A stretch of 64,000 nt of DNA from Basidiobolus meristosporus CBS 931.73. Lineage: Eukaryota; Fungi; Basidiobolomycota. The notes beneath the pieces were generated by a model that was not told the origin of the DNA, did no database searches, and saw only the letters and a program-made list of their open reading frames with translations. Every line of letters starts with the position of its first letter. The stretch's first letter is position 1. Positions 23,611-34,900 of this stretch are shown one piece after another. The translations under genes and the position numbers were made by a program. The stretch lies in assembly GCA_002104905.1 (NCBI GenBank), contig MCFE01000132.1:1-64000 (forward strand). The letters are read 5' to 3'.

Positions 23611-26600
23611 GCATTGTGGTGGTATATAAGTCCAAGGGAGAGGTATGTCCAACACTTCTCAAACATTTTGTGTGTGGGGTGTTCACTGGGTGTAATAACC
23701 TCTGGCAAAAGCTTGCTAGGAACACTTAGGCTTTGCCTCTACTGTAAGGTGAAGGGGAATAAAGACACAAGCTTTTCAAAGGAAAACTATCAAGCTATAA
23801 TACCCAACTTGGTTGTCATCTTAACAAAAGTATTTGCTGGGTTCAGTGTCCTTTGAGATGACAATGTACTAAAACTTCCAAAGTCAAAACAACTGCAAAC
23901 TCCACCAGCAGGGACTTGATAAGAATGCAGCTGTGGTCAGTAATTTCAAAGACAGAACAGTATCTTAGACTGTACAACAACAAACTTGGAAGAGAATCAA
24001 AAATAATAAAAGATACCTAATCTTAGTATTCCTCCCAAGTAGTGCCTTCAAGGTCAGTAGGTTGTCAGCATGGTTTCCTGGGGGTATCCTGTTGTCAGGG
24101 ATTGAAAGTTCAGGTAGCAGCAGGTAGCAATGATCACACTAATCAATAAGTTAGTATTCTGATGAATGGGATGATCATTTATTGTGGAGGGATTGCCTCC
24201 TGTGAGTACTATTCACACTGGCTAGGTAATCTTAAATCATGGTGTTTAAGAAGGTTCTGGAGGCCAATAAAACCCTAAATTTCATCAGAATGAGCTAAGG
24301 ATGTTTGAAGTAGAAGCCAGAAGGTTCTGTTGTAAGAGTCTTGGAGATATTGGAAGTGATTGGGAGAACAAGTAGATTATGTGGTTTTCACTTAATGATT
24401 TATTGAATGTAAAAGTTGTATTGATATTTTTACCTGGTCTTGGCATTACAAACATGTAGAATAGGTTAAGGAAGGTCCCGAGAACATGTGTGCAAAGTTT
24501 GGGGCTGTTTGGACAACTTTGAGAAGTTTCATGTTCTGGGTACCAGGTATTTTGGTGAAAATATTCTAAGTAAATCCCCACAAGGAATTTAATCAGTATT
24601 CTCTAGGATTTGAAGGTGATGATCTAAGTGACTAAGTTAGGTGAATATTTAGGTGGAAATACAAATTTTTACAACACTCCCACTCAGCTAAATGTTCATA
24701 CTGACTAGTCCTAATTTTGACCTAAGATATTCAAACTTGTCTCTAGCTAATGGTTTGGTGAATATGTCTGCAATCATTTCATCTGTAGGACAGTAAACTA
24801 AGCTAACTAAGTTATTCTCTATAGCTTCATGTATGAAATGATGTATAAAATCTATGTGCTTGGTTCTAGCATGAAAAGTTGGATTTCTACCTAATTGTAT
24901 ACATCCTTGATTATCTTGAAATAAAGTAATAGGCATTTTTTGACATAGGCCTAAATCTGTAAGGAGCTTTCTTAACCACATTGCTTCTTTTGTAGCTTCA
25001 CAGGCTGCCATATACTCTGCCTCTGTAGTAGAGAGTGCTACGGTTGGTTGCTTTCTTGAATTCCACAAAATTGCTCCTTTACAGTAAAGAAAGGTGTATC
25101 CTGTGGTGGATCTTCTGTCTTCCTATTTCGTCCCCAATCAGCATCAGAGTATCCCACAAGATCCTGTTCGGAATCCTTATAAGTGTATCTTAAGCAGATA
25201 TCAGCAGTTCCTTTTAGGTATCTAAAAATCCGCTTAACTGCTGCAATATGATCAGATCCATAGTTCTGATTATGTTGGCTGACAACTCCCACTGAATATG
25301 AGATATCTGGACATGTTCCAAGCATGATATACATCAGACTGCCGGCCATAGATTGATAAGGAAAGTCAGGGCTTTCAGATGGCACCAAGCTCTCTTGATT
25401 TGGTTGAGTTTTGATCAAGGTAAGGTTTGTCTCCATTGGGGTAGCTGCCGGTTTACAGTCTTCCATTTTGTACTTCTTTAGTATATCTTGAATATACTTG
25501 GATTGGCTTAGAGTAATAGTCTGGGTACTTCTGTCTATGGAGAACTTAATCCCTAAGTAGTAACTAAGTTCTCCTAGATTGGACATCTTGAACTCCTTAG
25601 ATAGGCTGGATTTAGTCTCTTCCAATGTTTCTAGGTTATTGGCGGCTATAATAAGATCATCCACATATAGAGCTAATAGTACTGGATTTGCTCTATCTGG
25701 CTCATAGTATATACTATAGTCAGCATTACTACTTTTGAAACTCAAAGATTCCAAATAAGAATCTATCTTGCAATTCCAGGCTCTTGGTGATTGTTTGAGA
25801 CCATATAGTGACTTTTTAAGCTTGCAGACCAAATGGGGGTTATCTTGGTCAACAAACCAATCAGGCTGGTCCATATACACATCCTCATCAAGTTCTCCAT
25901 TCAAAAATGCAGTTTTTATATCCATTGGATAAATAAAAAACTTTTATTTGGCTGCAATAGCCAATATTAATCTGATGGAGTTAAACTTGGCTACCGGTGC
26001 AAAGGTCTCAGTATAGTCAAGTCCTTTTGTTTGAGAGTATCCTTTGGCTACAAGTCTTGCTTTGTATCTTTCAATTGTACCATCAGCCTTGTATTTTGTA
26101 TTGAAGACCCATCTGCATCCAATTGATTATTGGTTGATTGGTAATTTGACTAAGTCCCAAGTTTGATTTTCCATCAGTGCCTGATACACCTCAGTCATTG
26201 CAGATCTCCAAAACTTTGTCTGAGGCACTATTTAGGGCCTCTTTTACAGTCTGGGGTTCATCAATATGTACTGAATAGGCATAGGCTAAGTTTGTACCCT
26301 CACTGATATAGTAATTTGGGCTATTTCTTGTCTGATTTGATCTCCGGGCATTTGATACTGGAATGATCACTTCTGGGATATTCCTGGGCACTGATTCTGG
26401 CTAAACCACTGTTGTAGAGTCCTCTGGAGTGAAAAAGTTTTCATTGTTTTGCTCTGATTCAATCCTGACAATTGGTGGACTTGAGATCAAATTTTTGTCA
26501 TCATCTGATGTCTTTTTTGTGAAAATTTTGAATTTTCATCAAACAACACATCCCTGGACTTGATAAGCCTCTTTGCTTTGGTATTGTAGAGTCTGTATGC

Positions 26601-27519
26601 CTTACTCTTGTTGCAGTAGCCCAAAAATATGCATTTTACACTTTTTGGCTCAAATTTTGCCTGATTTCCGGCCAGTTTTTTGGCATATGCTGTACACCCA
26701 AATATTCTTAGATGTTCTGCACTTGGCCTGTATCCATACCATGCTTCAAATGGAGTAGAATCACAAAGTATTCTGTTATAACTCCTATTTTTAAGATATA
26801 CAGCAGTGGCAACTGATTCTGCCCAAAAATCATAGGATAATTTTTGATCATGGATCATAGATCTTGCCATATCAATTATTGATCTGTTAGCTCGTTCTGC
26901 TACTCCATTTTGCTGTGGGGAGTATGGTACAGTAGTCTCTTGCTTTATCCCATGAATTTTGCAGAAGTGGATGAAGAGTTTTGAGGTATATTCTCCACCA
27001 TTGTCAGAGCGTATTTTCTTGATTTTTTCACCAGTTTCTCTCTCCAACATGGCTTTAAACTCCCTGAACTTAGACAGAGCTTCTTCCTTTCTCTCCATGA
27101 AGTAGACCCATGTGTATCTTGTATAATGATCAATGAAAGTGATCAAATACTTCATCCCACCTAAGGATAAATTTTGCATAGGTCCACACAGATCCGAGTG
27201 AATTAGATCTAATTTTTTCTTAGTTTTGATTAACCCAGAGCTCTTGAATAGTTGTCTGGCTTGTTTCCCATATATGCAGGCTTCACAGTGATCCAAATTA
27301 GCTGGGGGATCAATTTTCACTCCAGAAATTAGCTGATCTTTGATCATTTTGCACAAATAATCAAAATTGATGTGCCCAAATCTCCTGTGCCAAAGCATTG
27401 GTGTTTCTTCATTTAAGTTACTTATATTGGCTTCCAGATATGATGGAATATAAGTCAACTTGTATAGATTCTGATCTCTGATGCCCAGAGCAATATGAGC
27501 ACCATTTTGATCAGTGATC

Positions 27520-28762
27520 TGTTGTGTTGTATTATGATTAGTTTGAGGCTTGTTCTACAATGTAGAGGCTAGTCAACAATATACAACAACTTCCAGTATG
27601 CTAATACTGAAATAGTTTATTGGGAGTTTAATATACCGATAGAAGATATAACTTTCACTAATTTCCTCACTCTTGGGCTCAAAATATACTGTAGGCAGTG
27701 TTTATCACTTCTACAGCAGTGTTCTGACCTTCTGTTGACTAATGGGCATATTTACTTTTATAGTAACTTTTCCTTTTTTGGAAGTCACTTTCCTTTCTGA
27801 GAAAATATTTCCTAATATGGAAATTCTGAACTCCCCTTTAACCTAAAGGGGTGTGTTGTAGAAGTCTCTAAAGGGGTCTTTAGACCTAAAGGGGTGTCTA
27901 AAGGGGTGTCTTTAGAGTCGAGGGGCTTCTTGTAGTGGTCTCTAAAGTGGACTTTACACTAAAGGGGTGCCTAAAGGGGCTTCTTTAGAGTAAAGGGGTT
28001 TCTTAAAGGGGTCTCTAAAGGGGTCTTTAGACTAAAGGGGTGTCTAAAGGGGTGTCTTTAGAGTAAAGGGGTTTCTTAGAGGGGACTTTTCCGACAGAAA
28101 AGTGGTAGTTTCTTGTAGAACTTAGATTGGATTCTTGTGAGCTTTGCAGTCTCTTTACTGATGTAGTACTGATCAAAGTCAGAATACTCAACAGTGCAAG
28201 TGATGCAGGGGAAGTCTTATAACCTTTAAACTTGTAATTGTAGTGTGGAGATTCTGGAAAGAGAGGCTCTCCCTTTATTTTTCAGCTGGGGAAGTCATAT
28301 ATATGAAAATCTTGAGGGATCAAAGTTTTTGGGCAATTGCGCAAGCAATACACGTGATACAAAGCTAAAATTTTGCAGTGGCGCAGATCGGACATAGGCG
28401 CAGCACCTGTGAAAATATCACGTGATTTGATTGGCTGGTTCGAAAGTTACACGCAATCAAAGTCACCATAGTAATCCTAGCAATAAGGCATAGTATATAT
28501 AATAGTTGGACTCTTTTGGTCATAACTCCTTAAGTACTGCTTCAAATGAGCTGTAATTTGAAACATGTGTTGGCTACTACGTGTTCTGTATGACATAATA
28601 TTCTTGGGTGGATTGCTTGTCAGGGTCTGGAGCATTTGTTCATCAAAGTTGGAAATTCTTGATCTTTCACTTGTGTGTTAAGATAGCAAAAAGCAAAATA
28701 AAGAAATGAGTGCAATATTGGTTTAGAGATATTGTAGTAATGGAATACTTTCCATTACCACA
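27520..28762 (-). repeat. Solo LTR family B (1243 bp) inserted between PR and INT of copia A1
   Basis: TG..CA ends, TSD GATC/GATC. Empty site visible in copia A2 near 35095. Reverse-complement homologue at 41428-42999. Confidence 0.88.
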
Positions 28763-29896
28763 GATCCTGCATCCAGAATTGTCAAAACTGAAACTGAGTC
28801 CTTCTGCTGTGGCCTTGCTTACAGAGAGTAGGTTCTTGGCTATTTCTGGTACATAGAGTACTTCTTTAAAGGTCAGTGTATGGCTTCCTTCACTGCTTCT
28901 AAGGTTTACTTGGATAGTTCCTTCTCCCACTGCATCAAGTGTTATATTGTCACCCATGAAAACCTTCTTAATTGGAATTTCTTGATATTGGGTTAAAAGT
29001 TCTTTTTGGTGTGTAAAGTGTTGAGAAGCTCCAGAGTCAATATACCACGTCTGAGAATCCTTGTTTGTGGTCATATTTAGTGCAGATATGAATAGTCTAT
29101 CTTCAGTTGTTGCAACATTTCCATAGTCAGGCTTCTTTTGCTGATAATCTATCTTCTTGAAACACCGGTCTGATGTGTGTCCTTTCCTTTTGCAGTAGTT
29201 GCAAAATAGGTTGTTGTTGCCTTTGTAGGGTCTTGGGTACCTCCTTTGTTGGTTATCATTGCTTATTAAAGCATTTTCTTCTTCCTTCCTATTGGCGCTT
29301 GATTTTCTTAATTCTTCATCCAGGAGCCTTCCATATATGTAATATAAGGTCAAATCTTCAGTTCTGGACTCTAGGGCTGATACAAGGCCCTGAAACTCGT
29401 CTGTCAGGCTATTCAGGATGGTAACTATCACATCCCCATCAGTAGTTGGTACGCCCACAGATTCCATCTCATCTACCAGCAGGGTAATTCTGTTAATTAG
29501 ACTTTTCATTTCTTCTCCTGGCAGCAACTTTGTGATAAAGAATTTTCTTCTCAGATACATTTTCTTGGCAGCTGAACATGACTGGTAGGTGTCTTTTAAT
29601 GCCTTCCAGACATTCTTTGCCGTTTTTGCTCTTGAGCATTAAATTTGCAATTTGTCCTTGACATTGAGGCAAATGCAGTTAAAGGCACTTTGTTCTTTCT
29701 TCTGGTACTTTAAGGCTTCCTCTCCCACATCTTTAGGAGGGCATTCTTCTCCCATGACAGTATCCCAAAGGCCTCTTTCTTGTAGCAGCATCTTCATCTT
29801 CCCCTTCCACACTTGGTAGTTAGAGCCATCCAACTTTTCAGCAGAGGGAAAGATTCCAGTAATAGCAGTAGTAGACATTGCAGAGAGTGACAGCTT

Positions 29897-29909
29897 GGGG
29901 CTCATAACC
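29897..29909 (-). promoter_or_regulatory. Primer-binding site complementary to the tRNA-iMet anticodon stem-loop
   Basis: The plus strand reads GGGGCTCATAACC directly adjacent to the LTR; the same motif occurs at 36232-36244. Confidence 0.85.
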
Positions 29910-31936
29910 TGTTGTAAGAGTCTTGGAGATATTGGAAGTGATTTGGAGAACAAGTAGATTATGTGGTTTTCACTTAACGATTTATTGAATGTAAAAGTAG
30001 TATTTATACTTTTACCTTATCTTGGCATTACAAACACGTAGAATAGGTTAAGGAAGGTCCCAAGAACATGTGTGCAAAGTTTGGGGCTGTTTGGACAACT
30101 TTGAGAATTTTCATGTTCTGGGTACCTGGCATTTTGGTGAAAATATTTTAAGTAAATCCCAACAAGAAATTTGGTCAGTATTCTCTAGGATTTGAAGGTG
30201 ATGATCTAAGTGACTAAGTTAGGTGAATATTTAGGTGGAAATACAAATTTTTACAACAAAATCATGGTGTTCAAGAAGGTTCTGGAGACCAATAGAACTC
30301 TAAATTTCATCAGAATGAGCTAAGAATGTTTGAAGTAGAAGCTAGAAGGTTCTAAGAGGCACAGCAAATCCAGCCAATCCGGAATCAATATTCTGAAACC
30401 TGAGCAACATATGGACACCATACATGGAATGAAAATGATAGGGATGGTGACATAACTTGTTCATGTGTCACAAGTCCTGGCACAAATACTTGCCTAATAT
30501 AGAAGAACTTTCACCTAGTAATCCTACATAAGGTGAGGGATGACTTATACAATATAAAAGTAGGGATTGTAGATAACTGGCTTATGAGATAGTACTGATC
30601 AGATAAGACAAACGTAATAATATTATACAAGGGTAGTAGAGAAATAGGGAAGTAAAAAATATGGGAATGAGCACATCTGTCAGTGGGTGTCACTATGACC
30701 CCACTACAGCATGATCCTTGGTTGTTAAGAGCAATCATGTGCAATGCTGGAGCTACCAGTAGGCAGCATTGCTCTTGGACAATTTTGCACTATGTGGGAC
30801 AATCTCCCACATTATAGCGCAATCTGACACATGTGATTGGCATGGATGATTGCACCTACTTGTGATGTTTGCATCATGTTTGCAATTGGATACCACTGAT
30901 ATGGTAGGTAAAAGCCAGTATTTGAATATGTTTCTGCAATGTAAACAGAAAGAAATGCATATCAAACTATATACACAATGATGCTTACCATTTTGGTAAC
31001 CAACACTCCATTTGGACAGTAAGCCTTTGATTGGTTGGTCTAATATTATCCTGAAGCTGTGAGCACTAATTGGCTCCTTGACCAGTACACAAGCCACCTG
31101 AGCAGCCATCAAATATCCTGTTTTGCCCATTGAGCAAGTGAATCCCTCATTTAAGTGATTGGACAAGGTGTCATAGCTTGCATGCAAACAATTGGGTAGG
31201 TGCAAGACATATCAAATAGCTGCACTGGTGTTAAAAATGGTGTATAAGTATGCAGGGTGCTTATTTGTAAGGGTTCTGTTGCAAGTATGAGATGACCTTG
31301 ATATTAATGATAGCAGAAATTTAGTGAACACTGATTTGCAATGGCTTCATTTGGATATCAAAAAAATTCCATTGTGTTGATCATGACAAATGATAGCAGC
31401 TCAAGGCAATTGCATCATCTTCTCCTAGGTTTTTTCTTGCAGGGATTACTACTGAAACATTTGGTAGTGATTCACTCTGCACACCTAAGTTACTTCCTTG
31501 TTGACTATCATGTTGGCTACTTGTGTACTTGTAGCCAGTATTTTGCCTGCTAGTTGATGATTCTGGGTGCCATGGGTGTTAAGTACCAAATACATCTCTT
31601 CAATCCTTTTGTGCTCTTACTCATCCTGTACAACATTGATGCAAAAAAAGGTCAAAAGTAGATTTTCTCCAGCACAATGGGTGAAGCACAGGGGCTGCTT
31701 GCATGAGGATGAAGAGTTATGTTTCACACTCTGTGGCCAAGTATAGGCTCACTTGGCCTCCCTGGCACACTATGGCATCATTTGGCACTCATTGCTCTAT
31801 ATGGGACTATCCAACAGAACAAGTCTATTGCATGTTGCATGATCAGCTGACTCTTGGCATATCCACATGTGATGTTCTAGTTTGTTCTTGAGTATATTTC
31901 TATCTTGGCTCACTTACTGTACCTCACCCCAGAGCC

Positions 31937-34900
31937 TGTTGTAAGAGTCTTGGAGATATTGGAAGTGATTGGGAGAACATGTAGATTATGTGGCATTTGC
32001 TTAATGATTTGTTGAATGTAAAAGTAGTATTTATACTTTTACATGGTATTGGCATAACAAACACGTAGAATAGGTTAAGGAAGGTCCCAAGAGCATGTGT
32101 GCAAAGTTTGGGGCTGTTTGGACAGCTTTGAGAATATTCATGTGCTAGGTACCTGGTATTTTGGTGAAAATATTCTAAGTAAATCCCAACAAGGAATTTG
32201 GTCAGTATTCTCTAGGATTTGAAGGGAATGATCTAAGTGACTAAGTTAGGTGAATATTTAGGTGGAAATACAAATTCTTACAACACTCCCACTTAGCTAA
32301 ATGTTCATACTGACTAGTCCTAATTTTGACCTAAGATATTAAAACTTGTCTCTAGCTAATGGTTTGACAAATATGTCTGTAATCATTTCATCTGTAGGAC
32401 AGTAAACTAAGCTAACTAAGTTATTCTCTATAGCTTCATGTATGAAATAGTGTCTAATATCTCCGTGCTTGGTTCTAGCATGAAAAGTAGGATTTCTACC
32501 TAATTGTATACATCCTTGATTATCTTGAAATAAAGTAATAGGCATTTTTGGACATTTGCCTAAGTTTGTAAAAAGCTTTTTTAACCACATTGCTTCTTTT
32601 GTAGCTTCACAGGCTGCCATGTACTCTGCCTCTGTGGTAGAAAGTGCTACAGTTGGTTGCTTTCTTGAATTCCATGAAATTGCTCCTTTACAGTAAAGAA
32701 AGGTGTGTCCTGTGGTGGATCTTCTGTCTTCCAAATCTGTCCCCAATCAGCATCAGAGTATCCCACAAGATCCTGTTCTGAATTGTTATAAGTGTATCTT
32801 AAGCAGATATCAGCAGTTCCTTTTAGGTATCTCAAAATCTGCTTAACTGCTGCAAAATGATCAGATCCATAGTTCCAATTATGTTGGCTAACAACTCCCA
32901 CTGAATATGAGATATCTAGATATGTTCCAAGCATGATATACATCAGACTGCCAACCATAGACTGATAAGGAAAGTTAGGGCATTCAGATGGCACCAAGCT
33001 CTCTTGAATTGTTTAAATTTTGACCAAGTTAAGGTTTGTCTCCATTGGGGTAGCTGTCGGTTTACAGTCTTCCATTTTGTACTTCTTTAGCATATCTTGA
33101 ATATACTTGGATTGGTGTAGGGTGCTAGTCTGGGTACTTCTGTCTTTGGAGAACTTAATCCCTAAGTAGTAACTAAGTTCTCCTAGATCAGACATTTTGA
33201 ACTCTTTAGATAGGCTGGATTTAGTCTCTTCCAATGTTTCTAGGTTATTGGTGGCTATAATAAGATCATCCACATATAGAGCTAATAGTACTTAATTTTC
33301 TCTGTCTGGCTTATAGTATATACTATAGTCAGCATTACTCCTTTTGAAACTCAGAGATTCCAAATAAGAATCTATCTTGCAATTCCAGGCTCTTGGTGAT
33401 TGTTTGAGACCACATAATGACTTTTTAAGCTTGCAGACCAAATGGGGGTTATCTTGGTCAGCAAACCTCATCAAGCTCCTCATTCAAAAATGCAATTTTT
33501 ACATCCATTTGATGAATAAAAAACTTATATTTGGCTGCAATAGCCAATATTAATCTGGTTGAATTAAATTTGGCTACCGGTGCAAAGGTCTCAGTATAGT
33601 CAAGTCCTTTTGTTTGAGAGTATCCTTTGGTTACAAGTCTTGCTTTGTATCTTTTAATTGTACCATCAGCCTTGTATTTTGCCTTGAAAACCCATCTGCA
33701 TCCAATTGATTTTTGGTTGATTAGTAATTTGACTAAGTCCCAAGTTTGACTTTCCATCAGGGCCTGATATTCCTCAGTCATTGAAGATCTCCAAAACTTT
33801 GTCTGAGAGCTGTTTAGGGACTCTTTGACAGTCTGGGGCTTATCAACATGGACTGAATAGGCATAGGCTAAGTTTGTACCCTCATTGATATAGTAATTTG
33901 GCTATTTCTTGTCTGATTGGATCTCCAGGCATTTGATACTGGAATAATCACTTCTGAGATATTCCTGGCCACTGATTCTGGTTGAACCACAGCTGTAGAG
34001 TCCTCTGGAGTGAAAAAATCCTCATTGTTTTGCTCTGACTCATTCCTGACAATTGGTGGACTTGAGATCAGATTTTTGTCATCATCTGATGTCATGTTTT
34101 GTAAGAATCTTGTATTTTCATCAAACAACACATCCCTGGACTTGATTAGCTTCATTGCTTTGGTATTGTAGAGTCTGTATGCTCTACTCTCATTGCAGTA
34201 GCCCAAAAATATGCAATTTTGCACTTTTTGGCTCAAGTTTTGATTGATTTCCAGGCAGTTTCTTGGTGTATGCTGTACACCCAAATATTCTTAGATTTTC
34301 TACACTTGGTCTGTATCCATACCATGCTTCAAATGGAGTAGAATTGCAAAGTATTCTGTTAGAACTCCTATTTTTGGGATATACAGCAGTGGCAACTGAT
34401 TTTGCCCAAAAATCATAGGATAATTTCTGATCATGGATCATAGATCCTGCCATATCAATTATTGATCTGTTAGCACATTCTGCTACTCCATTTTGCTGTG
34501 GGGAGTATGGTACAGTAGTCTCTTGCTTTATCCCATGAATTTTGCAGAAGTGGATGAAGAATTTTGAGGTATATTCTCCACCATTGTCAGAGTGTATTTT
34601 CTTGAATTTTGCACCAGTTTCTCTCTCCACCATGGCTATAAACTCCCTGAGCTTAGACAGAGCTTCTTCCTTTCTCTCCATGAAGTAGACCCATGTGTGT
34701 CTTGAATAATCATCAATAAAAGTGATTACATACTTCATCCCGCCTAGGGATAAATTTTGTATAGGTCCACACAGATCTGAATGAATTAGATCTAGTTTTT
34801 TCTTAGTATTGATTAACCCAGACCTCTTGAACAGTTGTCTGGCTTGTTTCTCATATATTCAGGCTTCACAGTGATCCAAATTAACTGGGGGATCAATTTT

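Larger units (their letters stand above)
24328..30258 (-). mobile_element. Ty1/copia LTR retrotransposon copy A1, near full length, with stops and frameshifts
   Basis: LTRs 24328-24676 and 29910-30258 (TG..CA, about 17 differences in 349 bp by manual count). PBS GGTTATGAGCCCC next to the 5' LTR, PPT AGTGGGAG. Order gag (CNYCKRKGHTSDRC), PR (WYIDSGASQH), INT (HSDLCGP, SDNGGEY, QQNGVAER), RT (YVDD), RNase H (YSDADW, STTEAEY). Confidence 0.95.
23615..30708. repeat. Solo LTR family C (about 1.07 kb), split by copia A1
   Basis: TGTGGTGG...CACTACA ends, 4-bp TSD GCAT/GCAT; uninterrupted homologues at 46794-47911 and 49155-50209. Confidence 0.8.
20669..31826. mobile_element. TIR DNA transposon relic (about 3.9 kb without nested inserts) carrying a CACTA-type transposase fragment
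   Basis: Perfect 16-bp TIRs: AGACTTGTTCTGTTGG (20669) and CCAACAGAACAAGTCT (31811-31826). About 260 bp of imperfect inverted similarity inside them (20680-20940 vs 31555-31815). Confidence 0.75.

Noticed and set aside
27835-28090. TAAAGGGG array as telomeric repeat or CRISPR-like array
   Set aside because: Units are irregular, have no unique spacers and lie inside an LTR present twice.
29897-29909. tRNA-like sequence GGGCTCATAACC as a tRNA gene
   Set aside because: Only about 12 nt, adjacent to an LTR; it is a PBS and has no cloverleaf. No tRNA, rRNA or CRISPR array was found in the window.
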